Shown in pieces: positions 9,161-18,735 of a stretch of 64,000 nucleotides of DNA. Position numbers and translations under genes: made by a program. Position 1 is the stretch's first letter. Every line of letters starts with the position of its first letter. The DNA is from a virus: the IMG/VR virus record IMGVR_UViG_3300032050_000010, one strand, 5' to 3'. The notes under the pieces were generated by a model. It did not search any database, was not told where the DNA came from, and was given only the letters and a program-made list of their open reading frames with translations.

Positions 9161-12100
9161 ATGAGTATCATTCGACCTCCGGATCGGTTTGTGGGCCTTC
9201 ATGCCCACTCCGGTTTCTCGACCATGGACGGCCTCGGCTATCCCGCCCAGCACATCGACTTCGTGCTGAAGAACGGCATGGATGCCTGGGCGTTGACTGA
9301 CCACGGCAACGGCAGTGGCCTTGCCCACGCACAGTCACATGCCAAGAAGATGAAGAAGGCGGGCCAGAAGTACCGTCAGCTGAACGGGGTCGAGTTCTAC
9401 TTCGTTCCATCACTGAAGAACTGGGCAGAGCAGTATCAAGATCACAAGGACGCAGTCGCTGCTGCTCGCTCTGAGAAGAAGTCGAAGGAGGCGACTGACA
9501 TCGACGCCGACGATGAGGCAGGTGCGGGTCACATCATCGAGAATGAGGATGAGACAAAGGACGCGTCATCACTCGAAGTGAAGGATGACGAGTGGAAGCG
9601 TCGCTACCACCTCGTTGTGATTGCTAAGGATAAGCGTGGCCTGTCCAACCTCTTCACGCTGGTCAAGCGGTCATTCAAGGAGGGGTACTATCGTTTCCCT
9701 CGGATTGACTTCGACATGCTCAAGCAGCACGGTGAAGGGCTTGTCGTCAGCACAGCCTGCATCGGTGGCATCATGGCGAACCGCGTCCTCCGCGGACAGG
9801 CGATGCACAAGTCAGATGCTGAGATCCAGCACGAGCTCAAGAACCTGACGGATCGGTTTGTGGACGCCGTCGGCCTCGAGAACTTCAACCTCGAGATCCA
9901 GTTCAACAAGCTGCAGGCACAGCACGACGTCAATCGGCACCTGATCGATCTGCACAAGAGCACAGGCGTCCCGCTGGTGGCGACCTGCGATAGTCACTAT
10001 CCCACTCCTGACAAGTGGAAGACGCGCGAGCTCTATAAGAAGCTGGCGTGGATGAACGCAAAGGAGGAACCCAAGCCCCTCCCAGCATTCGATGAGCTGA
10101 AGTGCGAGCTCTACCCAAAGAACGCCGAGCAGATGTGGGAGGAGTTCAATCGACATACTGATGCCTACACATTCTATCAAGGCAGCGAGGAGCTGGTTCG
10201 AGATGCGATCGAGCGGACGCACGACATCGCATGGCAGCAGTGTGAGGACGTCTGGGTCGATACAGGCGCCAAGCTCCCAGTTTTCGCCACGCCTGAGAAG
10301 ACAGAGTTCCAGCAGCTGGTGGATCTCGTCAAGGAGCGGATGGGCGAGATGGGGCTGCATGAAAATCCCGAGTACATGGCGCGTGTGAAGGAGGAACTCT
10401 CAGACATCAAGCACCTGGGACACGCATCTTACTTCCTCACAATGTACAAGATCTTCCACCGTGCTAAAGAGCGGACGCTCCTCGGGCCAGGTCGTGGATC
10501 GGCACCCGGTTCTCTCGTCAACTACATCCTTGGGATTACACAGATTGATCCACTTCCGTTCGGCCTCCTCTGGAATCGCTTCCTTGGTCGGCATCGTGTG
10601 TCTTGGCCCGATATCGACTCCGATGCTGGTGATCGTGACGTTCTTATTGACGCGGCACGTGAGCTCTTCGGTGACGATGCTGTCATTCCCGTCTCCAACT
10701 TCAACACCCTGAAGCTGAAGTCGCTGGTGAAGGACGTCGCGAAGTTCTTCAACGTTCCGTTCGATGAGGTCAATGCGGTGACAGGACCGCTTCAGGACGA
10801 GGTCATGCCTCACGCTAAGGATGATGACCAGGAGAAGTCGGTCTTCGTCCTCAAGCACGATGACTGCATGAAGTACTCACCTGCTTACAATGCATTCATG
10901 ACGAAGTACCCCGAGGTGGAGGAGCACGTTAATGCGCTCTTCATGGAGAACCGTTCGATCGGTCGTCATGCAGGCGGCGTCCTCGTTGCAGAACCCAAGG
11001 CGTTGGCTGAAGGCATGCCCATCATCGGTGTTCGCGGTGAATTGCAGACGCCGTGGACAGAAGGTATGAACTTCCGCAACCTGGAGGACAACGGCTTCCT
11101 CAAGTTCGACTTCCTCGGCCTAACACTGCTCAAGGACGTAGAGAACTGCATCAAGCGGATCCTGATCAAACAGGGTGTCAAGAACCCGACATTCAGCCAG
11201 ATCAAGGATTTCTTCGATGAGCATCTCAACTGCCGAACGGTCAAGCAGGATGATCAGCAGGTTTGGAAGCATGTCTATCACGAGGGTCGGTTCGTCGGTG
11301 TCTTCCAGTTCACAGCTGACGGTGCACGTAAGTTTTGCCTCGATGCGAAGCCCACAAACATCGGTGAGCTGGCAGCACTGACAGCAATCTACCGACCAGG
11401 CCCACTGAAGGCAAACGTCCACAAGCTGTATGTCCAGGCAAAGCGGGATGCCTCGAAGATCAAGTACGACCATCCAGTCATCCAGGAAGTGCTAGGGCCC
11501 ACGTTCGGTTACGTTGTCTTCCAGGAACAGTTCATGATGCTGGCGCAGAAGCTGGCAGGGTTCTCTCCTGGTGAGGCTGACCAGCTCCGCAAGACGCTGG
11601 TCAAGAAGTCGCTGGACACGCTGGGCAAGAAGTCATCTGAGAAGGAGGCAGCGCGGAAGCAGTTCATCGACGGTGCTCTGGCACTGCACGGTGTGCCTGA
11701 GAAGGTGACTGGCCCGCTCTGGGACACGATCGAGGCTTTCTCGGTGTACGGCTTCAACAAGTCGCACTCCGTGTCCTACGCGATCGATTCCTACTATGCA
11801 GGATGGCTCCACACGCACTACGAGAAGGAGTGGTTGGCAACAATCCTGCAGTCTGAGACAGGCAATCCCAAGGGCCTGGCAAAGGCTATTGCCGAGATCA
11901 AGGCAATCGGTTATAAGTTCTCGCAGGTCGACATCAACTACTCAGGTACCGAGTGGACGTACTCTGATGAGATCCAGGCGTTCGTTCCGCCGCTGACATC
12001 TGTCAAGGGCCTAGGCGACTCAGCAGTGAGTGAGATCATGGAGAACAGGCCCTACCGTGCGCTGGATGACCTCCTGTTCGATGCAGAAGGTGAGTGGCGC

Positions 12101-12724
12101 CACTCCAAGCTGAACAAGAGCTGCCTTGAGTCGCTGATCCTCACTGAGAGCCTGGGTTCGCTGCAGGAGTTCAAGGACGAGCGTCTCAACAATCACAATC
12201 AGCTCCACAAGATGATCATCGAGAACTATGACACGCTCCGCAAGGGTCGCACAGGAATGACCAAGACGGCCACCAAGAAGTGGGTAAAGGAGCACGGTAA
12301 AGAGCCCGTGATCATCGACCAGCTGATCGAGGCAACAGCGGATGTCCAAGATTGGAACCGCTACGAGAAGATCAAGAACTTCGTGGAGATCTTGACCACG
12401 GCGTCAGAAGAACTACTATTCCCACCCACCGTGATGGCAAAGATTGATCGTTCTAACGTCCCGTCTGCAATGCAGATCTCACCAGGATCGAAAGCAGTTG
12501 TCTGGTTCTGTGCGCAGGACTGGGTCAAGAAGCAGACAAAGAACGGCAAGACATTCTACACAGCATTCGCTGTTGACAATAACAGTGACACTGCAAGGAT
12601 CCGTGTGTGGGGCACATTTAAAGAAGAGCCCGAGCGATACACTATGTGGCTAGCTGAGGTAGAATATGATGCTAACTGGGGTATGTCAACCTCAGCAATG
12701 AAAATGCGAAAGATCGAGGTGTAA
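9161..12724 (+). CDS. dnaE: DNA polymerase III alpha subunit (family C)
   Basis: PHP motifs HAHSGFSTMDG, TDHG, DSHY; GRGSAPGSLV, PDIDSD, GRHAGG, KFDFLGL, YGFNKSH. Confidence 0.97.
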   Translation: MSIIRPPDRFVGLHAHSGFSTMDGLGYPAQHIDFVLKNGMDAWALTDHGNGSGLAHAQSHAKKMKKAGQKYRQLNGVEFYFVPSLKNWAEQYQDHKDAVAAARSEKKSKEATDIDADDEAGAGHIIENEDETKDASSLEVKDDEWKRRYHLVVIAKDKRGLSNLFTLVKRSFKEGYYRFPRIDFDMLKQHGEGLVVSTACIGGIMANRVLRGQAMHKSDAEIQHELKNLTDRFVDAVGLENFNLEIQFNKLQAQHDVNRHLIDLHKSTGVPLVATCDSHYPTPDKWKTRELYKKLAWMNAKEEPKPLPAFDELKCELYPKNAEQMWEEFNRHTDAYTFYQGSEELVRDAIERTHDIAWQQCEDVWVDTGAKLPVFATPEKTEFQQLVDLVKERMGEMGLHENPEYMARVKEELSDIKHLGHASYFLTMYKIFHRAKERTLLGPGRGSAPGSLVNYILGITQIDPLPFGLLWNRFLGRHRVSWPDIDSDAGDRDVLIDAARELFGDDAVIPVSNFNTLKLKSLVKDVAKFFNVPFDEVNAVTGPLQDEVMPHAKDDDQEKSVFVLKHDDCMKYSPAYNAFMTKYPEVEEHVNALFMENRSIGRHAGGVLVAEPKALAEGMPIIGVRGELQTPWTEGMNFRNLEDNGFLKFDFLGLTLLKDVENCIKRILIKQGVKNPTFSQIKDFFDEHLNCRTVKQDDQQVWKHVYHEGRFVGVFQFTADGARKFCLDAKPTNIGELAALTAIYRPGPLKANVHKLYVQAKRDASKIKYDHPVIQEVLGPTFGYVVFQEQFMMLAQKLAGFSPGEADQLRKTLVKKSLDTLGKKSSEKEAARKQFIDGALALHGVPEKVTGPLWDTIEAFSVYGFNKSHSVSYAIDSYYAGWLHTHYEKEWLATILQSETGNPKGLAKAIAEIKAIGYKFSQVDINYSGTEWTYSDEIQAFVPPLTSVKGLGDSAVSEIMENRPYRALDDLLFDAEGEWRHSKLNKSCLESLILTESLGSLQEFKDERLNNHNQLHKMIIENYDTLRKGRTGMTKTATKKWVKEHGKEPVIIDQLIEATADVQDWNRYEKIKNFVEILTTASEELLFPPTVMAKIDRSNVPSAMQISPGSKAVVWFCAQDWVKKQTKNGKTFYTAFAVDNNSDTARIRVWGTFKEEPERYTMWLAEVEYDANWGMSTSAMKMRKIEV

Positions 12725-12725
12725 T

Positions 12726-13634
12726 TTGAAGTTCAATCTAAAGACAGTTGTGCTAGAAGGTGTGGATTGCAGCGGCAAGACAACACTGTTTAGGAGCTTG
12801 CATCGTGCAACAGGCTTCAAGTGGAATATCCACGATCGAAGTGCTCTCTCGATGCTCTGCTATGCAGTCATGTACGGAAGAGATGTTGACCACTGGCGGC
12901 AGCTTCTCTTGGAAGAGATCAGCGATCTGAACAATGTGATCGTTGTGCTCATGCCCCCACTGGCCACCATCAAGGATCGCCTTGCTGAAAGAGGCGACGA
13001 GTTTCAAGATCAAGTGACGATTGAGAAGTTGTACACCATCTTTGAGGATGAGGTTTCACGTCTCAGCGCATACCCTAACGTCTTAGTTTGCGCGCAATCA
13101 AAAGCTTCTAGCGATGACATCGCACGGTGGCTGCTAAACTACGAGCGGCAGACATACAGTCGACTTGCAGAGATGACGCACGATCATGCGAGGATCAAGC
13201 TGTCTGGTGAAGCGCCTTTCCTAAAGATGACGTGGGAAGACACTGACTTCAAGACGCTCAGCACAAAGGCACTCTTCTACGAACCTGAGCTTGAGTACTA
13301 CGAAGCAACACGCAAGAAGCTTATTGAAAAGATCCAAGCAGAGCTGGCTGGACAGAATGAGTACGAGATGAAGCAGGATCTCAAGTCGCGACGGTTTGTC
13401 ATGACACAGGATAGTTGCATCTCCTATGCACACTTCATGTATCGTGGCGGCGTGCTTCACGCCAACATCGTGTGCAGATCTTCTGAGGTGTCGCGTATCT
13501 TCCCAAATGACATCCACTTCATCGGTCACATGGGTCAGACAGCCCGACGTGAGCTCGGCCTCACCGTTGAGACACCCGTGAGGTTTAATCTCACTCTCGA
13601 CTCAGCACATGTAATCTTTCAACCTACGCATTAA
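12726..13634 (+). CDS. dNMP kinase fused to thymidylate-synthase/dCMP-hydroxymethylase-fold domain
   Basis: N-terminal LEGVDCSGKTT and DRSALS (TMK-like); C-terminal SRR..DSC..RSSE..FPND..SAH. Confidence 0.7.
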   Translation: MKFNLKTVVLEGVDCSGKTTLFRSLHRATGFKWNIHDRSALSMLCYAVMYGRDVDHWRQLLLEEISDLNNVIVVLMPPLATIKDRLAERGDEFQDQVTIEKLYTIFEDEVSRLSAYPNVLVCAQSKASSDDIARWLLNYERQTYSRLAEMTHDHARIKLSGEAPFLKMTWEDTDFKTLSTKALFYEPELEYYEATRKKLIEKIQAELAGQNEYEMKQDLKSRRFVMTQDSCISYAHFMYRGGVLHANIVCRSSEVSRIFPNDIHFIGHMGQTARRELGLTVETPVRFNLTLDSAHVIFQPTH

Positions 13635-13651
13635 AGTACTTAGAGGCATAA

Positions 13652-14644
13652 ATGAAGAGAGCATTAGTAACGGGCGGCGCCGGCTTCATTGGGTCAAATC
13701 TGACGCACGCGCTTGTCGATGATGGCTGGACAGTTGACGTAGTAGACGACATGTCGAACGGCCACCTCAACCTTCTTGATAATTTGAGCTATCGAGTTTT
13801 TCTGCCGGGCATGGCAGAAATCTATGAAGCACAGAAGCAGAGAACTTCGAAAGAAGTTTACGTGCATGAGTGTGACTTTGCACACCCAGTCATTCTAGAC
13901 AGAATTGCTCGGAAGCAATACGACGTCGTCTTCCACCAGGCAGCTGTTCCGCAAGTTTCCTACTCTGTCGAGCAGCCTACGAAGACGACAGACGTCAATC
14001 TTCTGAGAAGCATTGAGCTTCTCCATTCTTGCGTCGGCAACGTCGACAAGGTGGTTGTTGCATCATCATCAGCTGTCTATGGTAATACGGAGACACTGCC
14101 GACAACTGAAGAGACGCCACGTAACCCAAGATCTCCATACGGCCTCCAGAAGAGTGCTCTTGAGGATTTCTGTCGACTATTTGGTGAGCTCTACGATCTA
14201 GACACCGTCTGTCTGCGTTATTTCAACGTTTTTGGAGCAGGCCAGTACGGCGACTCACCTTATTCCACAGCAGTGTCTGCATGGTGTGATGCAATCAAAC
14301 ACGGACGAACACTTAGATCAGATGGTGACGGATCGCAGTCCCGTGACATGTGTCATGTTGACAATGTTGTAAGTGCCAATATTCTTGCTGCCAAGACGCC
14401 GAACCGCCTCATGGGCAAAGGGTACAACATCTGCTGCGGTGAGCGGACGACAAACCTTGAGATCCTCCAGCACCTCACAGGAGCATTTCCAACAGTTGAA
14501 GTTCGTCACGCTCCCTGGCGTCCAGGTGATGTTAAGCACACACTGGGTGACTGGTCAGCAGCAAATCGTGACTTCGGATACCAACCAATAGTTAAGTTCT
14601 GGGATGGGCTTGAGAAGACGCTCGCCTGGTGGGAGCTCAAGTAA
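13652..14644 (+). CDS. NAD-dependent epimerase (UDP-glucose/GlcNAc 4-epimerase-like)
   Basis: TGGAGFIGS, HQAA, ASSSAVYG, SPYGLQK, LRYFNVFG, RPGDVKH. Confidence 0.92.
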   Translation: MKRALVTGGAGFIGSNLTHALVDDGWTVDVVDDMSNGHLNLLDNLSYRVFLPGMAEIYEAQKQRTSKEVYVHECDFAHPVILDRIARKQYDVVFHQAAVPQVSYSVEQPTKTTDVNLLRSIELLHSCVGNVDKVVVASSSAVYGNTETLPTTEETPRNPRSPYGLQKSALEDFCRLFGELYDLDTVCLRYFNVFGAGQYGDSPYSTAVSAWCDAIKHGRTLRSDGDGSQSRDMCHVDNVVSANILAAKTPNRLMGKGYNICCGERTTNLEILQHLTGAFPTVEVRHAPWRPGDVKHTLGDWSAANRDFGYQPIVKFWDGLEKTLAWWELK

Positions 14645-15198
14645 TGCGCATCCCACCAACATTCACTGTCTTCTGTGGGCCTATGATGTCGTCTAAGACG
14701 ACACGACTGATCGGCGCGGTCGACCGCTTTCGATATCAGAACCAGCGTGTCCTTGCATTTAAACCAAAGATGGATAGAAGGTATGCAAAAGAAGAGATCA
14801 CTACACACAACGGTGGAAAACTTGAAGCTCTCATTGTTAGCACTGGTGATGAGATACTACGCCACGTTGACGTATATGAACCAGACGTTGTAGCAGTTGA
14901 CGAAGCTTTCATGATTGACGGCTCTGCAGACGCACTCATTCAGATCTACCGTAGAGGCGTGTCTGTCGTTGTGTCGTCGATCGAGATGTCTGCCAGCTGC
15001 AACTCTTTCCCAGAGATTGAGAAGATCCTTCCCTGGGCGACAAAGGTTGAGAAGTGCACTGCCGTCTGTGTTGTATGCGGCGAGGATGCACCGTACACAC
15101 AGAAGAAGATCAATGACATCGCAGAGATCACAGTTGGGGGTTCTGAGCTCTATGAGCCTCGATGCTGGTCACATCATGCGACCGCGCGCGAAGCGTGA
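14644..15198 (+). CDS. tdk: Thymidine kinase
   Basis: GPMMSSKTT, FKPKMDRR, VDEAFM, C..C, VGGSELYEPRC. Confidence 0.92.
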   Translation: MRIPPTFTVFCGPMMSSKTTRLIGAVDRFRYQNQRVLAFKPKMDRRYAKEEITTHNGGKLEALIVSTGDEILRHVDVYEPDVVAVDEAFMIDGSADALIQIYRRGVSVVVSSIEMSASCNSFPEIEKILPWATKVEKCTAVCVVCGEDAPYTQKKINDIAEITVGGSELYEPRCWSHHATAREA

Positions 15199-15218
15199 TA
15201 CATTAGTATCGAGGTAGC

Positions 15219-16055
15219 ATGCTAGATCCTAACAGCATCAATCTGGTCATTTATCATGCGAGTTGCACAGATGGATTTGGAGCAGCTTGGGCAGCGTGGA
15301 AGTTACTTGGCGACCGTGCCGAATACTACGCTGCAAAGTACGGAGAAGCACCGCCAGATGTGTCTGGAAAGAATGTCATAGTCGTAGATTTCTCATATGA
15401 TAATGCTACTACCAAGCGCTTGATGAAGGAGGCAAAGGGGTTTTTCGTCCTTGACCACCACAAGTCGGCGATGGTAGAGCTCCACGATGTGTCCTGCACA
15501 CACTTCGACATGAACCACAGCGGTGCAATGCTGGCCTGGAAGTTCTTCCATCCCGGCAAGGAAGCCCCACGGATGATCAAGCACATCGAGGATCGTGACC
15601 TCTGGAAGTGGGAGATCCCGTACTCGAAGGAGTTCTCAGCAGCATTTGACATGGTTCCCTTCGACTTCGAGGAATTTGATAAGTACCTCGACGACTCAGC
15701 AGTCGACGATGCTCAGGAGCGTGGTGCCTACATCCTCGCATATTCTAAGACAGTGATCTCCAAGATCTCCAAGCACGCAGCACCACGCAAGCTGAACGGC
15801 AAGGATGTCCTGGTGGTGAACTCACCCCACTGGATGTCCGAGATCGGAAATGCGCTGTCACCTAAGTGCGACTTCGCGGTGATCTGGTACTACGACCACG
15901 ACACACGCCAGGTGAAAGTGAGCCTCCGCGCTCACCATGATGATGCTGATGTGAGCGAGGTCGCCAAGAAGTACGGCGGAGGAGGACATCGCAAAGCTGC
16001 AGGTTTCGCTCTTGCGCCCAACATCAGTATTGAGACAATCTTCGACAAGGAGTAG
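15219..16055 (+). CDS. DHH/DHHA1 phosphoesterase
   Basis: YHASCTDG, VDFS, LDHH, DRDLW, SLR, GGGGHRKAAGF. Confidence 0.9.
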   Translation: MLDPNSINLVIYHASCTDGFGAAWAAWKLLGDRAEYYAAKYGEAPPDVSGKNVIVVDFSYDNATTKRLMKEAKGFFVLDHHKSAMVELHDVSCTHFDMNHSGAMLAWKFFHPGKEAPRMIKHIEDRDLWKWEIPYSKEFSAAFDMVPFDFEEFDKYLDDSAVDDAQERGAYILAYSKTVISKISKHAAPRKLNGKDVLVVNSPHWMSEIGNALSPKCDFAVIWYYDHDTRQVKVSLRAHHDDADVSEVAKKYGGGGHRKAAGFALAPNISIETIFDKE

Positions 16056-16057
16056 AG

Positions 16058-16468
16058 ATGCGTCCAGGCTGGGATGAAGTGTGGATGAACATCGCACGTG
16101 AAGTATCACGCAGGTCAGCAGACGACAAGTACAAAGTTGGAACTGTGATAGTCACTGGAGACAACACACAAGTGCTGTCGCTAGGATACAACGGCGACCA
16201 CGCAGGTGGCCCAAATTGCAGAGAGTCGAGTGACCCTGGCGAGTCAGGTTTTATCCATGCCGAGATGAACGCGCTGATCAAGCTTGACTACAATAACCTA
16301 AAGCGACGTGTTATGTACGTTACGTTGTCGCCCTGTAAGATGTGCGCTAAAGCAATCATCAATGCAGGTATCAACGAGCTCGTGTACGGCGAAGATTATA
16401 GAGATCTCAGCGGTATTGACATTCTCACAGGCGCTGGGATAAAAGTTAGAAAAATAACTCAAACTTAG
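16058..16468 (+). CDS. dCMP deaminase
   Basis: GYNG, HAEMNA, SPCKMC. Confidence 0.92.
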   Translation: MRPGWDEVWMNIAREVSRRSADDKYKVGTVIVTGDNTQVLSLGYNGDHAGGPNCRESSDPGESGFIHAEMNALIKLDYNNLKRRVMYVTLSPCKMCAKAIINAGINELVYGEDYRDLSGIDILTGAGIKVRKITQT

Positions 16469-16481
16469 CGGATAGATATAG

Positions 16482-16781
16482 ATGATGAAAAAGTTAACTC
16501 CACAAGATGTAAACAAACTGATCAGACGATCTCTGACCAAGGTTGTGCTTGAAAAGCTAACAGTGAAAGTGGGCAAAGAGGTCGTCGTCTCACCTGAGCT
16601 TAAGATCCGTCACGTTGGAAACAACAAAATTGAGGGCTCTAAGTATCTTTACACAATCACTGGGATTGACAACGTCGACGGTGTTCTCCAGTTGAAGATG
16701 AAGTACTACGACGACGACACTCCTGAGCCCCTTGAGACGATCGTGGCGCAAGATGAATTTGACCAATACGAGCTGGCATAA
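16482..16781 (+). CDS. Hypothetical protein
   Basis: ORF with N-terminal LTPQDVNKLIRRSL..VVLE. Confidence 0.55.
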   Translation: MMKKLTPQDVNKLIRRSLTKVVLEKLTVKVGKEVVVSPELKIRHVGNNKIEGSKYLYTITGIDNVDGVLQLKMKYYDDDTPEPLETIVAQDEFDQYELA

Positions 16782-17482
16782 TGAGTAAAGACATCACACA
16801 AATTGTCCGTCAGACACTTGGCTTAAGCGGTGAGACAGCCAAGAGCTCAAAGCGGCTCGACGAGGCGCTTGTTGCCGACCCTAAGCCTTTCAATCTTCCC
16901 ACAGAGTTCCAGAGTGCTGGCACAAAACGTGCTCACTTTGAGCTGTATGAAAACTACATCAAGGCCTTCAACCGCATCAGCGCAGAACTAGACAGCGCCG
17001 ATAGGACAGAAGTTAATTCCAACAACAGTCAGTTTCGCTCGTTGAAGATCGATGAAACGTACAACATGAACGCGATCTTCCTCCACGAGCTCTACTTTGC
17101 CAACATCAGTGATCTACACAGCAAGATCACAATGGACTCGCTCACTTACATGCGGCTCCAGCGTGACTTTGGCACGTTCGACAAGTGGCAGGAGGATTTC
17201 CTCGCCTGCTGTCAGGCATCCCGCTGCGGTTGGGCAGTCACATACTACAACCTCTTCACACAGACATACATGAATGCTGTCGTCGATCTACACAGCATTG
17301 AGATCCCGGTTGGGTGCTTTCCAGTGATTGTGATGGATGTGTGGCAGCACGCTTACTACAAGGATTATCTCCGGGATGTGAAGACATACAGCATCGCGAT
17401 GATGAAGGAGCTCAACTGGCGAGTCATCGAGGATCGCTTCAAGCAATCTGAGCGCGTCGCACAAGCAATGAGGTCACTATGA
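16781..17482 (+). CDS. Fe/Mn superoxide dismutase-like protein
   Basis: LHELYF, RDFGTFDKW, GWAV, DVWQHAYY. Confidence 0.8.
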   Translation: MSKDITQIVRQTLGLSGETAKSSKRLDEALVADPKPFNLPTEFQSAGTKRAHFELYENYIKAFNRISAELDSADRTEVNSNNSQFRSLKIDETYNMNAIFLHELYFANISDLHSKITMDSLTYMRLQRDFGTFDKWQEDFLACCQASRCGWAVTYYNLFTQTYMNAVVDLHSIEIPVGCFPVIVMDVWQHAYYKDYLRDVKTYSIAMMKELNWRVIEDRFKQSERVAQAMRSL

Positions 17483-18102
17483 GATCAAGGCAGACAAGCA
17501 GGCGCCGCAGGCTCTACGAGGAAAGCGACGTAGAAAGTGTGTCAGTTGTTGATAAGATGACAGGCAGCACCCGCCTTTCACTCGACTCAGTCGACGACCA
17601 GATCGACTCATACATCATTAAGTTCGAGGCAGAAGCTGCCGAAGCTGCTGAGTCAGAAGAGGAAATGATCTTTGAGGCGCTCAAGCGCAGGTCGCTTTTA
17701 GGTTTGCTCTATGAGCAGGACGAGGCTCCCACCGACTTGTTCACGGGAGATCCTGCTGCTCCCGCTCCAGATGACGAGGCTCCTGAGCCCGAAGACAGCT
17801 CAGAGATGAAAGATGATCTGAAGCCTGCGCCTCTCGTTAAGTCAGCGATAGACATCGACCTCTTCACAAAGAAGCTGGCTCGCTTAGTGATGAATAATAA
17901 GCGGCTGCTTGACGTCGAGTCAGTCATCATCAACCGCGCGATGCTCTTCCTCAAGAAGAACTACAGCCAAGAGTACGTGGATCGCATGAAGGAAGTGCTG
18001 GATACGCAGTTTGACTTCAATATGGACGATCAAGATTTCCTGTACGCACCTGACGCACCCGGCTCAGAAGGCAAGCCCACAGGCGGTACTGGCGGCGCAT
18101 GA
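17479..18102 (+). CDS. Acidic hypothetical protein
   Basis: ATGA-coupled ORF. Confidence 0.6.
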   Translation: MRSRQTSRRRRLYEESDVESVSVVDKMTGSTRLSLDSVDDQIDSYIIKFEAEAAEAAESEEEMIFEALKRRSLLGLLYEQDEAPTDLFTGDPAAPAPDDEAPEPEDSSEMKDDLKPAPLVKSAIDIDLFTKKLARLVMNNKRLLDVESVIINRAMLFLKKNYSQEYVDRMKEVLDTQFDFNMDDQDFLYAPDAPGSEGKPTGGTGGA

Positions 18103-18401
18103 AGAAGCAGATCGACACGCAGCGTCTGATCAGTTTTGAGACAAAGAAGTCGGTTCACATCAACATCCCCAGAGAGACACACGGATTAGTTAGAGCACAG
18201 TGCTTCAAGTACAGCCTGACAATGCAGGACGTATTTGAGGAGCTCGCGCAGATGATTGCTGCTGAAGATCCCGATGCGCTGGAGATGATGTCGAACTTGG
18301 CAATGAAAAAGAGAGATGCATCAATAAAACGCCTTTCAGCGTCAGATGCAGAATCTATATTCAATATTATAGAAGATAACAATCCACTCTCAGACGGATG
18401 A
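18099..18401 (+). CDS. Putative ribbon-helix-helix DNA-binding protein
   Basis: KKSVHINIPRETH...LTMQDVFEEL beta-alpha-alpha pattern. Confidence 0.45.
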   Translation: MKKQIDTQRLISFETKKSVHINIPRETHGLVRAQCFKYSLTMQDVFEELAQMIAAEDPDALEMMSNLAMKKRDASIKRLSASDAESIFNIIEDNNPLSDG

Positions 18402-18694
18402 TGACATTGTTCAACAAACTAAGATCTCTCTTCATCGTTGATGAGGTCAAAGATAAGACAGATGCACTAGAGAACCAGCTGAAAGAAGCATGTGATAGAA
18501 TTTCCCTGCTTGAGAGGAAGCTAGTTGATCAAGATGCCATCTTAATCGACCACCACAAGACGATCGCTGCACTTGCGATGATACAGACAAATCTGCTGGC
18601 TGAGATGGAACGTGCAGCTAAGAACGCGAGCTTGAAGCGCACCAAGATGACTTCTCACACAACGTCATCAAAAGGTGACGATTTCATTAACTAG
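18398..18694 (+). CDS. Coiled-coil hypothetical protein
   Basis: Coupled ORF. Confidence 0.55.
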   Translation: MMTLFNKLRSLFIVDEVKDKTDALENQLKEACDRISLLERKLVDQDAILIDHHKTIAALAMIQTNLLAEMERAAKNASLKRTKMTSHTTSSKGDDFIN

Positions 18695-18735
18695 CTTTAC
18701 GATCTGCGCGATATATTTATCTGCAGAGGTTTTAG

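Noticed and set aside
9161-12724. Intein in DnaE
   Set aside because: Length is normal; the acidic PHP insertion has no intein motifs
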